Of a stretch of DNA of 64,000 nt, positions 33,116 through 46,747 are shown piece after piece (positions within the stretch are counted from its first letter, which is position 1; each line of letters begins with the position of its first letter). The notes beneath the pieces were generated by a model. That model was given only the letters and a program-made list of their open reading frames with translations. It ran no database searches and was not told the origin of the DNA. Origin of the DNA: Ranitomeya imitator (lineage: Eukaryota); NCBI RefSeq assembly GCF_032444005.1, contig NC_091287.1, positions 536,858,001 through 536,922,000 on the forward strand. The letters are read 5' to 3'. The translations under genes and the position numbers were made by a program.

Positions 33116-34162
33116 TTCGTGTAATAAGAAGCTGTAATATCTCTGAAGAACTCTTGCAGGAGGTGCCATTAATGAGGAGAGACTGCCATCCGCTGGCCAG
33201 CTGAAATAAAGCGGAACCAAATTGTGCTTGAATATTTGCAGGCGGAGTGACTTTATGTGCTGGACTCGACCAGGTGATCCACAGGGAGGACCTCCATGAT
33301 ATATAAACCACGACGAGATTTGGCGCCAGGGAAGACAGCGCAGGAGACGTGGTCCAGAGACACCACTGAGACCAGCGTGACAGGCCTCAGCGGGAATTCT
33401 TCGCCACCCAGGTGGCGGTCGCCACCTGGAAAGGTTCGGATTCACCGCAGTAGATCTCTAAGTACCGATCAGAAACTGGTCAATACTTCAAGGCCTGACA
33501 TCGCCTGACAAGAGCCAAGGCCTAGTCCTCTCCACCCCGAGCATGAGAGACTTCCGCCGACGGTCAAGCTGAGAAGAGGTGTGAGGAGAATGGACAGGAG
33601 AATGGACAGGAGAGGCATGCCTGCCACTGCGAAGAAACAGTATAGGTGAGCAGGGCTGTCACTTTAAGCTATCATTTATGGTACTGGGGTCGGCTGGGAT
33701 TGGGATTACAGGTTGGGAAGGTGCCGGTTGGTGCGTGGGAGGCTAAATGGGCTTTGATAAACTTCGTCAGAATGCGACTTGCGGCCTAGAAGGAAATCCC
33801 TGACTGTTTCCGCCTCACGATCTCTGCTCGTTGCAGCCAATTACAAGTGTACGCAGAATTTTCATTTATGTAAGAAGAATGAACTTTACGCACTGGATTC
33901 TTTTAGTCACTGACTAAATCTATTTTGAACTCTGACTACAGAGACACATACAGGCTGTAAACCACATAGCAAGCATAACAACCAGAGCATGTGCTTTCTT
34001 TATGCTAAGGCTGCCGTCACACTAAAGACAGAGTAAGTCAATACTTTTAGTCAACATAATTGCTGTTTTCTGGTGATGGTCTGCATTTTTCATGCGAAAA
34101 AAAAAACAAAAATAATGCATAAAAAAAATTAAGTGTGAACATTTCATAATGGCCTATTTTAA

Positions 34163-34443
34163 TAGTGATGATCGAACATGCTCAGTTAAGGTGTTATACG
34201 AGCATGCTTGTGTGCTAAAAGTGTCTTCCATGTGCTCAAATAATATGTCGAGTACCCGCGGCTGTATGTCTCGCCGTTGTTTGACAGCTGCAACACATGG
34301 AGGGATTGCATGCTTGTTATGCAATCTCTGCGTGTGTTGTGGCTGTCACGCTAGAACATATTTTTTGAGCACGCCGAAGATACTTTGTTAGCACATGAGC
34401 ATGCTCAGATAACACCGTATCCCTGCACGTTCGCTCATCACTT
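34163..34443. mobile_element. Old hAT-type MITE
   Basis: TAGTGATGATCGAAC...GTTCGCTCATCACT termini; no TSD recognisable. Confidence 0.6.
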
Positions 34444-34771
34444 TTGTTCATCTGTAGCATAAATGCTGCGTTTTTCCTGCTGCTTTTTATCATTTTCTAC
34501 AGCTGTATGCATCAAAGCACTCAATAAATCGACTGTGAGAAAGAGAAGGTGCTCTGTCTTCTTTGTAAAAACGATCTGGTTTATGTCATGAATGAATGAT
34601 AAAAGTTCACACAAGGACACAAATGTGTAAACATCCGAAGCATTTCAGAGATTACATCTCTTTATTCATTGATGCCACCCCTGAAATGTGTCCGCATTTG
34701 AGAAACAAAAGATTTCTCTACCTTTTGATATCTAACAGTCAGTGAAAATCTGCCAAGCTGTAACAGTCTTA

Positions 34772-35379
34772 TGTAGGGGGGCCTCAAGCTGTCCCTGGAG
34801 CTGGGCCCCTAACTATCCCTGTCCCAGGGGTACTCTTGATGGTAGCGAGGCCTGAGTCTCCCCAACCCATGGAGGACGGATCAGAAATGTAATGTGAACA
34901 AGACACACAAGACAAAACAGGGATAACAGAAAACCTCAATTATACAAAAGCACACCAACCAATGATATGGAGGAGGATTGGGACAGGGAGGAATAAACTA
35001 AATGGGAAACAGGGACCAGGAGATAATGACACACGTACAACAGAACACCTTTATAACAACTTCCCTCCAAAACACTTACCTTTAGCACACAGCACGGGAA
35101 GACAAACTCCTATTCAGCACAGCAAGGAAGCAAAGCTTTCATTGGCAAGACAGAGAGGGTCTGGCCAGTTTTATAGAAAGTGTTAATGACCAGATAGATC
35201 AGAAGCAACTGAATTGGAGCTGCATGCTTCTGACCAGCACAGAAAGGGTCGTTAACCTCTTCTGCCCCAAAGGAAACCAAATTAATTTAATGTGGGATCC
35301 AAACCCAGAAGCTAAATGGAAGAACTGCGAATAACAGTACGCAGTGATCTTCTACCCCCAGATCTCCCAGGTTGTCACA
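34772..35379. mobile_element. Probable old solo LTR
   Basis: TGTAGG...GTCACA ends and LTR-like composition; no matching TSD found. Confidence 0.45.
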
Positions 35380-37218
35380 CTAGTAAGAAAATCATTCCAC
35401 AGTCGGAGGGTATCCAAGTCCCATCCCATTTTTTCATCGAATTAAAGACTTGCATTCCATTGCCTGTTTTGTTCTGGATGAAAATTGATCATGTTTCCAA
35501 GATTTTGCTCGGTCCGCGAAAAATCACCGACATATGAACAGCACCGTTCACTATTACAGGTAGGAGTGCTGTCCATAACAACATGGATGGCACTCGTACA
35601 CAAAACACGGTCGTGTGAATGGTTCCTGAGTCTTGTCTTGCAGATTGCGGGGGATTTGCTGCAGAATTCGTTCTGCTGATAATCTTTGAGTGTGCCCTTA
35701 CCGTTTAGGGTACATTCACATCGACTGCACAAAAGAAACAAGCTGCAGATTTCAAATCCACAGAGATGGTCAATTTTACGCTGTATATATACAGTATTTC
35801 ACAGCGCGTGTGTAAACGTTCCTGCACAATGCTGGAACTGTGATTTTCCATCATTCCAACCCATCGGCTGAATTTCCGCTACCTGGAGACGAGGAAGGTT
35901 CTGTGATGGATTTTTCGACCTCATGTTTGTAAATTATCTGCAGCAAAATCCACTTGTGTTCCATGCAGATTTGGTTGCTGATTTGTTACAGGTTTCATAG
36001 TTTCCGCTTGAAAGGGTGAAATGTGCAAGAAATTCACATGGAATTCCACAGGGAATTTCAGTGCAGACGTTTTCAGCACTGCGTAGATGAGAGTTGATTA
36101 AATTGCTGGAGCGGCGGCACAAAATAGACCATGCAAGTCAATGGGTCGGTGAAAAAAAAAATCGAACAAGTTTCATGCACTGTCAGATTGGAGAAGGGGG
36201 AGAAACTTTTTTGTGTTTATTTCAGACCACACTAAACTCAGGTCAGAGTTTTAAAAAATCTGAAAAATCGGTCCTTTTTTTCTCATATGTGTGAATGAGC
36301 CTTTACGCTGCAGATTCTCACGAAAATCTGCAAAAAAAAATCAGAAGCAAATCCATAATGTCTAAACATGCACCAAGCAGTATGCACAATTTTTGGGAAT
36401 GAAAGACTCTTAATTTGTGACTTTCTCACGTAAATTCAGCAATCACATACTCTGATTTGAAGCAAAACAAGGTGATGAAGGGAATACCAGTAGTCAAAAA
36501 AGTGCCCAAAAAACCTATAAACGATAAATAGGGGTCTAAATGTGCTTTGTCACAATCAGTCCAGCTGCGTGAGCGGAACGTCGCATTCTCAGGACACTTT
36601 TTCACTGCTGGATTGACAGAAGCAGAGGAGATAAATGATATTCTATTTCTTCCTGCTTTAATATTAATTAAACAAGCAGAAAATAGCTCGATGGTAAATC
36701 AGCGGCTGATTTATGGGTGAGGACGCCGAAGCTGAACATGAATAATGATCAGACCCGGATTGTAAAAGTGACACTGGAGCCGTGTCTGCACCCCGTTATC
36801 ATCTCTCATTACAGCGCATTAGTAATCGCAATTATTTAATATTTAATAAATTGTTCAACTGAGCAATTTGGAAACTTGTAAAGGTCACGGAAATCTCGAG
36901 TCAGTTCTGATGAATGAATAGTCAGAGCAATTGAAATCCATCGTATCCTGTGTACGTCCGCTGCAGCCATGTTCATTAGCATCAGAATAGCACAAAGGAC
37001 TGACCTTTTGTTCAATGAGAAAATTTGTTGCAATTATTGCGACAAACAGGGAAAGTTATAAAATTATATGTAGAGTTACAGTCTGGGGTGCAGAGACGGA
37101 AACGATCAATGCAACAATAGAGGTAAAGGCGATTGATAGGAGAATTATATTATCCTTTGTATTAAACAGGTGTCCACGTAATCTGCATAAAAAGTTTAAT
37201 GGTACATATGTTGCCTCT

Positions 37219-40200
37219 TGTATTAAACTCCAGAGCTGTACTCACTATTCTGCTGGTGCAGTCACTGTGTACATACATTACATTACTGATCCTGAGTTAC
37301 ATCCTGTATTACATCCCAGAGCTGCACTCACTATTCTGCTGGTGCAGTCACTGTGTACATACATTACATTACTGATCCTGAGTTACATCCTGTATTACAC
37401 CCCAGAGCTGCACTCACTATTCTGCTGGTGCAGTCACTGTGTACATACATTACATTACTGATCCTGAGTTACATCCTGTATTACACTCCAGAGCTGCACT
37501 CACTATTCTGCTGGTGCAATCACTGTGTACATACATTACATTACTGATCCTGAGTTACATCCTGTATTATACCCCAGAGCTGCACTCACTATTCTGCTGG
37601 TGCAATCACTGTGTACATACATTACATTACTGATCCTGAGTTACATCCTGTATTATACCCCAGAGCTGCACTCACTATTCTGCTGGTGGAGTCACTGTGT
37701 ACATACATTACATTACTGATTCTGAGTTACATCCTGTATTATACCCCAGAGCTGCACTCACTATTCTGCTGGTGCAGTCACTGTGTACATACATAACATT
37801 ACTGATCCTGTACTGATCCTGAGTTACATCCTGTACTATATTCCAGAGCTGCACTCACTATTCTGCTGGTGCAGTCACTGTGTACATACATTACATTACT
37901 GATCCTGTACTGATCCTGAGTTACATCCTGTATTATACTCCAGAGCTGCACTCACTATTCTGCTGGTGCAGTCACTGTGTACATACATTACATTACTGAT
38001 CCTAAGTTACATCCTGTATTATACCCCAGAGCTGCACTCACTATTCTGCTGGTGCAGTCACTGTGTGCATACATTACATTACTGATCCTGAGTTACATCC
38101 TGTATTATACTCCAGAGCTGCACTCACTATTCTGCTGGTGCAGTCACTGTGTACATACATTACATTACTGATCCTGAGTTACATCATGTATTATGCTCCA
38201 GAGCTGCACTCACTATTCTGCTGGTGCAGTCACTGTGTACATACATTACATTACTGATCCTGAGTTACATCCTGTATTATACTCCAGAGCTGCACTCACT
38301 ATTCTGCTGGTGCAGTCACTGTGTACATACATTACATTACTGATCCTGAGTTACATCCTGTATTATACCCCAGAGCTGCACTCACTATTCTGCTGGTGGT
38401 CACTGTGTACATACATTACATTACTGATTCTGAGTTACATCCTGTATTATACCCCAGAGCTGCACTCACTATTCTGCTGGTGCAGTCACTGTGTACATAC
38501 ATAACATTACTGATCCTGTACTGATCCTGAGTTACATCCTGTACTATATTCCAGAGCTGCACTCACTATTCTGCTGGTGCAGTCACTGTGTACATGCATT
38601 ACATTACTGATCCTGTACTGATCCTGAGTTACATCCTGTATTATACTCCAGAGCTGCACTCACTATTCTGCTGGTGCAGTCACTGTGTACATACATTACA
38701 TTACTGATCCTGAGTTACATCCTGTATTATACTCCAGAGCTGCACTCACTATTCTGCTGGTGCAGTCACTGTGTACATACATTACATTACTGATCCTGAG
38801 TTACATCCTGTATTATACTCCAGAGCTGCACTCACTATTCTGCTGGTGCAGTCACTGTGTACATACATTACATTACTGATCCTGCACTGATCCTGAGTTA
38901 CATCCTGTACTATATTCCAGAGCTGCACTCACTATTCTGCTGGTGCAGTCACTGTGTACATACATTACATTACTGATCCTGTACTGATCCTGAGTTACAT
39001 CCTGTATTATACTCCAGAGCTGCACTCACTATTCTGCTGGTGCAGTCACTGTGTACATACATTACATTACTGATCCTAAGTTACATCCTGTATTATACCC
39101 CAGAGCTGCACTCACTATTCTGCTGGTGCAGTCACTGTGTGCATACATTACATTACTGATCCTGAGTTACATCCTGTATTATACTCCAGAGCTGCACTCA
39201 CTATTCTGCTGGTGCAGTCACTGTGTACATACATTACATTACTGATCCTGAGTTACATCCTGTATTATACTCCAGAGCTGCACTCACTATTCTGCTGGTG
39301 CAGTCACTGTGTACATACATTACATTACTGATCCTGAGTTACATCATGTATTATGCTCCAGAGCTGCACTCACTATTCTGCTGGTGCAGTCACTGTGTAC
39401 ATACATTACATTACTGATCCTGTACTGATCCTGAGTTACATCCTGTATTATACTCCAGAGCTGCACTCACTATTCTGCTGGTGCAGTCACTGTGTACATA
39501 CATTACATTACTGATCCTAAGTTACATCCTGTATTATACCCCAGAGCTGCACTCACTATTCTGCTGGTGCAGTCACTGTGTGCATACATTACATTACTGA
39601 TCCTGAGTTACATCCTGTATTATACTCCAGAGCTGCACTCACTATTCTGCTGGTGCAGTCACTGTGTACATACATTACATTACTGATCCTGAGTTACATC
39701 CTGTATTATACTCCAGAGCTGCACTCACTATTCTGCTGGTGCAGTCACTGTGTACATACATTACATTACTGATCCTGAGTTACATCATGTATTATGCTCC
39801 AGAGCTGCACTCACTATTCTGCTGGTGCAGTCACTGTGTACATACATTACATTACTGATCCTGAGTTACATCCTGTATTATACTCCAGAGCTGCACTCAC
39901 TATTCTGCTGGTGCAGTCACTGTGTACATACATTACATTACTGATCCTGAGTTACATCCTGTATTATACCCCAGAGCTGCACTCACTATTCTGCTGGTGG
40001 TCACTGTGTACATACATTACATTACTGATTCTGAGTTACATCCTGTATTATACCCCAGAGCTGCACTCACTATTCTGCTGGTGCAGTCACTGTGTACATA
40101 CATAACATTACTGATCCTGTACTGATCCTGAGTTACATCCTGTACTATATTCCAGAGCTGCGCTCACTATTCTGCTGGTGCAGTCACTGTGTACATGCAT

Positions 40201-41666
40201 TACATTACTGATCCTGTACTGATCCTGAGTTACATCCTGTATTATACTCCAGAGCTGCACTCACTATTCTGCTGGTGCAGTCACTGTGTACATACATTAC
40301 ATTACTGATCCTGAGTTACATCCTGTATTATACTCCAGAGCTGCACTCACTATTCTGCTGGTGCAGTCACTGTGTACATACATTACATTACTGATCCTGA
40401 GTTACATCCTGTATTATACTCCAGAGCTGCACTCACTATTCTGCTGGTGCAGTCATTGTGTACATACATTACATTACTGATCCTGCACTGATCCTGAGTT
40501 ACATCCTGTACTATATTCCAGAGCTGCACTCACTATTCTGCTGGTGCAGTCACTGTGTACATACATTACATTACTGATCCTGTACTGATCCTGAGTTACA
40601 TCCTGTATTATACTCCAGAGCTGCACTCACTATTCTGCTGGTGCAGTCACTGTGTACATACATTACATTACTGATCCTAAGTTACATCCTGTATTATACC
40701 CCAGAGCTGCACTCACTATTCTGCTGGTGCAGTCACTGTGTGCATACATTACATTACTGATCCTGAGTTACATCCTGTATTATACTCCAGAGCTGCACTC
40801 ACTATTCTGCTGGTGCAGTCACTGTGTACATACATTACATTACTGATCCTGAGTTACATCCTGTATTATACTCCAGAGCTGCACTCACTATTCTGCTGGT
40901 GCAGTCACTGTGTACATACATTACATTACTGATCCTGAGTTACATCATGTATTATGCTCCAGAGCTGCACTCACTATTCTGCTGGTGCAGTCACTGTGTA
41001 CATACATTACATTACTGATCCTGAGTTACATCCTGTATTATACTCCAGAGCTGCACTCACTATTCTGCTGGTGCAGTCACTGTGTACATACATTACATTA
41101 CTGATCCTGAGTTACATCATGTATTATACTCCAGAGCTGCACTCACTATTCTACTGGTGCAGTCACTGTGTACATACATTACATTACTGATCCTAAGTTA
41201 CATCCTGTATTATACCCCAGAGCTGCACTCACTATTCTGCTGGTGCAGTCACTGTGTGCATACATTACATTACTGATCCTGAGTTACATCCTGTATTATA
41301 CTCCAGAGCTGCACTCACTATTCTGCTGGTGCAGTCACTGTGTACATACATTACATTACTGATCCTGAGTTACATCCTGTATTATACTCCAGAGCTGCAC
41401 TCACTATTCTGCTGGTGCAGTCACTGTGTACATACATTACATTACTGATCCTGAGTTACATCCTGTATTATACTCCAGAGCTGCACTCACTATTCTGCTG
41501 GTGCAGTCACTGTGTGCATACATTACATTACTGATCCTGTACTTATCCTGAGTTACATCTTGTATTATACTACAGAGCTGCACTCACTATTCTGCTGCTT
41601 GTGGAGTGACTGTACATACATTGCATTACTTATCCTATACTGATCCTGAATTATATACTGTATTAT
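37219..41666 (+). repeat. 86-bp satellite array (about 50 monomers) with a 1601-bp higher-order repeat; remnant continues at 42341-42470
   Basis: Diagnostic monomer variants recur at +1601 (38149/39750, 38321/39922, 38685/40286, 39051/40652). Confidence 0.95.
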
Positions 41667-42340
41667 TGTTACCACTCTGTTGTCGGGTGTCCCGGGACCA
41701 GGGACGCCTTCAGAATCCCTAACGCTAGTGGTTCCCTAGCTCGCCCTTTTTCCCAGTGTACTTCTGATTGTGAAGATGCCGGGGTCACGTACTTTGTTTT
41801 AGCTCCTGAATCCACCCTCAGTCTGTACCCTTTCCCCACCCAGGAAAGAGGGGAGTAGTAGTGTACCATAATACACCAACCGGACTAACATGGTAATACA
41901 ACAGGGATAAAGGAAAATATCAATCATACAAATATATTCACACCAGGGAGCAGAGGATGGGATAAAACCAAAGTAGGAGAAAAAGTGGAATTAGCACACA
42001 CCCAAATCCTAGCAACAGTCTCAGATAAATCCACCAAACGCCTTCTCAAACAACAACCACAAACCACCATCTCCTAACCATGCAGCGTGAAGCTAACTCT
42101 GGCAATGAGTGCTAGACAGAGCCCAGATTACATAGGAGATGGAAGTGGCTGACAGTGAACAGCTGAGAGCCTTAATGCAGGAAAGCTTCCAACAGCTCTC
42201 AACTGAGCAAACTAACCCCTGCACTAAAAGAAATTTGCACATTTTAATACGAAGGTGAAGTGCTTCTAAACAGTGAAGGAGTAGGAGAAATCTGATGCTG
42301 CGTTCTTCTGGCTCATATCTGTCCCGGTAAACCCGTGCCA
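41667..42340. mobile_element. Solo LTR (674 bp) inserted in the satellite
   Basis: TG...CA termini; 5-bp TSD attat at 41662-66 and 42341-45; satellite phase continues across the insert. Confidence 0.82.
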
Positions 42341-43049
42341 ATTATACTCCAGAGCTGCACTCACTATTCTGTTGGTGCAGTCGCTGTGTGCATATATTAC
42401 ATTACTTATCCAGTACTGATCCTGAGTTACTCACTTACTGTGCTATACTCCAGAGCTGAACTCACTATTTGTTTTCAGGGCAAGGCATCGGCCCCTTCAT
42501 CTGAATTAAGAGATATCTTTACACTTCAGCACAAGACAATATGGACAATCACAGTTTCCACCTTTGTCAGAACAGTTTGGGGAAGGCCCTTTTCTATTCC
42601 CCATGACTGTGCCCAGTGCACCAGTTCCATAAATGCCTAGTTGAGGGACTTGGGTGTGGAAGACTATCTCTAGCCATGAAGCTGGTATTGCTGCAAAGTG
42701 GCCCTCTCCATTTTATTGCCTATGGATGTAAAATGAGAAGTCAGAAAAGCCTCTAGGTGTAGGTGCCCCAGTTGTATTGTCCATATAGTTCATTGGTCTC
42801 AAACTAAATTGCTGTCCGGGGCTACATAGCAATATCACGTTAGGATATTGGCCGGATTGATAATTTATGCTGGGACTATACGACATGATAGAGGTTGCCT
42901 GGCCAAAGTACACACTGCGTAGCTGCTAAGTAATGGTGTCATACAAGTAAATGGTGCCTCATTGCGAACCTTGTGCACCCCACAACCCACTATATACAGT
43001 TTGTTCTTCCCACAGCCACTACATACTGTATGACAGTAATGTATCTATC

Positions 43050-44733
43050 ATGCTACAGAGAGAAGAAATAACCCGGGAGTGGACCCTTTGGGTCACGGCC
43101 CCAGAGCCCCCAAGGGTGAGCAAACCTGGTGGATGCACCCCCTATACAGGGAGCGTTAGGAGCAGGCCCTAGGAGGTTGGAACCGCAACTGCCGGAGCCA
43201 AAGGGATGACTGGGTCAAGACAAAGTAGCAGGACGAAGGGAGTATGCAGGAACCAATGATGGCTGAGGCGGAGAGCTGAAAATGAAAAAGAAACAGTAAA
43301 TGACGGTAACACTGGAGAAAACGGACACAGGGAAGGACCATAGGACATGGACAGGATGAGACTGGGAAAGGACGGAAATAGGGAACACAAAGGAGTGGTA
43401 ACAAAATAGTAAAGAAGGAAAAGCGCACATAAGGCCGATAAATGAGAGAACAGGAAGGGCCTGAGGACGACGAAGGGACACCTAAACAAACAGCTTCACA
43501 GTAGCGAAGATTCACAGGCGCCTTACCTGGGTAAGCGCCAAACAGAAATATATCTGGATATCTGGAGTCTGGTATCCGCTGTCTGATGTCTGGGAGTCTG
43601 ATGACCGTGCTGAGCGTCTACTATGCTGTGCTCAGCTTATTATGCAGCGCTTGCTCCATCCAGCTCTGGTCCGTTGCTGCGGTGCTTGCACCAGACCGCT
43701 TGATTTCCTTTCTAGGTCGTGTCTGATGTCCTACTGGAGTCTCTGATGTCCTAAAGGAAGCCCTGATGTCCTGCCGTTGTCCCTGATGTCCTGCTGATGT
43801 CCCTGATGTCCTGCCATTGTCCCTGATGTCCTGCCATTGTCCCTGATATCCTGTCTGTGTCCCTGATATCCTGTCGGTGTCCCTGATGTCCTCTGCCTAG
43901 AGCCGTGTCTGTTGTCTGCAGTCCAGAAGCCTTGCCTTCCGTGTTCCTGGTGGTCCAGCCTGTGTCTCAGAGTCGGTTCCCACTCATGTTCCTGGATGGG
44001 CTCCTCCGTGTTTCTGGGTAGTCTCCAGTCTACTCGTGTGCCTGGATGGGCTCCTCCTTCTTGTACCTGTGGAGTCTCCAGTCTGACGGCTCTGCCTGTG
44101 TGTCCTGGATCTGACCAGCCAATGTCTTGAGCTTCCATGTTGGTGTTCCTGGATTCGTGCTGTCCGTGTTTTGCCTATGTCCCGATGACCTGCCTGTGCC
44201 CTTGGGTTGGGGTCCATCCTGTGATAGGGTCTGTCCGAGGTCAGTGTCTGATGTTCTCCTGCTCTGCCAGTGCTACGCCTGAGTCCTGAGAGAGAGGTTC
44301 TCCTGATATGCCCGTGCCAGATGACCCTTGACTGCATCAACCTGTAATGACCTCTTGCCATCGTGTAACGTCTGCTGTCCTGTGATGTTCGCCCTTCCTT
44401 TTTGTGCGGAATCGGGAGCCTAACATTATATTCTGTGTTCTGTATCATGACTTTGTCTAAGTAAATTTTATGTTTCTTCATACCTGAACTTGTGTGGTGT
44501 CATCTAGTCCTGCATCTCACCACTTTGCCCACATGCTCAGCTGCCACATACCCCGGTCGCTGCCCTTCCCTAATCCGGGTAGGCCCGGGTCCCTCTCTGT
44601 GGTCCAGTGGGTCCACATTCCTTTACCACCTGGCACGCATGCCCCATGTCGTCATGGCCTGGTGGCGTGGGAGCGTAAGCTAATGAAGTTAAGCCTCGTC
44701 CCCTTCCCCTCTCCGTTCCGTGGGAGTGTGACA
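43050..44733. mobile_element. Unclassified, probably LTR-related element with internal 10/20/30-bp tandem repeats
   Basis: Right end GTGTGACA; ctgatgtcctgccattgtcc repeats at about 43730-43890; left boundary and TSD not resolved. Confidence 0.35.
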
Positions 44734-45960
44734 CTACATACAGTATGATGTCCCAGCTGCTCCCTAAATACAGTATAATGGCCACCACAGTTAACTATCT
44801 TCAAGATGATGACCCCCTACAGCCATCTACATGGAGTATAATGGTCACTACAGCCCTCTACATAGTGTATAATGTTCACCGCAGCCCCCTACTCACAGTA
44901 TGATGGTCACCACAGTCCCCTACACACAGTATGATGGTTATCACAGTCCCATACACACAGTATGATGGCCATCACTGCCCCTTACATGCAGTGTGATAGC
45001 CACCACAGTGCCCTTGCATACAGTATGATGCCCCCACAGCTCCCCTACTATACAGTATGATGGCCACCAAAACCTCCTACATACAGTGTGATGGCCGTAC
45101 TGCCTTTGTACATACATAATGATGGCCCCATATCCTCCCTATTTACAGTTTCTAAAGTACAATGCCCCATCATGGCGCTTACCTCCTGCCATGAGGCTCA
45201 TCTCCTGTCTGGCCCTGTTGATTAGAGATTCTATCCAGAAAGGACAGGCATTCAATGGATGCGGCCACACACAGCGTGCTACACCTCTGCCTCTGCTATT
45301 CTGTGGTGCACCCGGGAAAACCCCCAGCACATTTACAGATACAGTGCCAGCCTGACCACCCTCCACCCATCCCAGTTCACCCCTGGATGCAAAAAATAAC
45401 TTCAGGGGTCACAATTGGGCCGTAGTTTTGGGACCCCTGATATACAATATACATGTAAACTTTATAAGAGCCAATGCAGAGTCTATCGAGACCTCGTCAT
45501 CTGTAAGATTACCATGGACACTTGGAATTATGTATTCTGTTTGCAGTTTGCAGTACATACTAATAACTGCCTGACACTTACACAGCCGCAATCACTCACA
45601 GGGATGAAGATACAGACCAGCGACTGCTCCAGTTTCTTACCTATAATTCATAATGGAGGAGATTTAGAAGCGATTTTAATTTATTTAAGGCATTACCTGT
45701 AAATCCACCTATCCCGTTATGCATGTCATCGTGCTGAAAGCCTCTTTTAATCAGATTGTGCAGATTCTCATAAATCTGCTGCTGTACATTATTATAATTT
45801 CACTTAACTCTTTCCATGGATTTATTATTTTGTCTCTTACCTGCACATAAACATTCCATCATTTAATCCTTGTCCCTTTAAATCTTACAAGTTATTTTGA
45901 CAGTTACGTGACGTTGAGTTGGTCAGATATGGAACGGTTAAGGGTTGGGACATCATCAGA

Positions 45961-46747
45961 TCTAATATATAAAGCTAAATGTGTGTGTGTATGTGTGTAT
46001 GTGTGTATGTCCGGGATTGGCATCTGCACCGTCTCAGCTACAGCCACAAAATTTTGCACAGTCACACGTCTGGATCCCGAGAGTGTCATAGGCTATGTTG
46101 TGAGGCAAAATTTTAACCCCGCGCTTTCCAATTCACCAAACAATTTTGCCCCTATCTACATAATGGGGAAAAAGTGAAAGGAAAAGTGTTGGAGGCAAAT
46201 TGACAGCTGCCAGATGTGAACAAGGGGGACTTAAAGAGTGAGAGCGATGGCGCCAAAGAGTATATACCGTATAGTTGCTAAGGTGGGACCCCGACATGGG
46301 ATACTCACCACACACGGGGATATGAACACACACACAAAATGCGCCACATACTACCACGTGCTTGAACACATATCACCCTCAGCACACATTTCACCACACA
46401 TACACCAACCTCGCCACTTAAAAGTCGAAACACAAAAGTCGCCGCTCAAAACTCGCCACACGCAAAACTCGCCACATGCAAAACTAGGCTCACGCAAAAC
46501 TCGCCACACATGCAAAACTCACCTCATGGAAAACTCGCCACATGCAAAACTAGGCTCACTCAAAACTCGCCACACGTGCAGAACTCACCTCATGGAAAAC
46601 TCGCCACACGCAAAACTTGCACAGGCGGAAAAATTGCCACATGCACAAAAGTTGCAACACATGCAAAAGTTGCCTCACACAAAACTTGCACATACTCAAA
46701 ACGCACCACACATAAAACTCGCCACGCGCAAAACTTGCTGCACACAA
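45961..46747 (+). mobile_element. Helitron-like 5' fragment
   Basis: Begins TC directly after a host A (a|tctaatatataaagc...), followed by (TG/TA)n and then aaaactcgccacac subrepeats; no 3' hairpin or CTRR end seen. Confidence 0.6.

Noticed and set aside
33242-33645. CpG-richer segment bounded by AG and GTGAG, like an exon
   Set aside because: All three plus-strand frames hit stops early and the minus ORFs resemble nothing I recognise; a non-coding exon cannot be excluded.
9705-41260. The retrozyme array length and the satellite higher-order period are both 1601 bp
   Set aside because: Unrelated sequences, each length explained independently; treated as coincidence.
37015-41534. Dozens of ~64-aa ORFs (MYIHYITDPELHPVL...), also at 73-267, 13500-14083 and 59436-60064
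   Set aside because: Translations of the 86-bp satellite. The monomer is not a multiple of 3, the starts are mostly GTG, and there is no sign of coding constraint.
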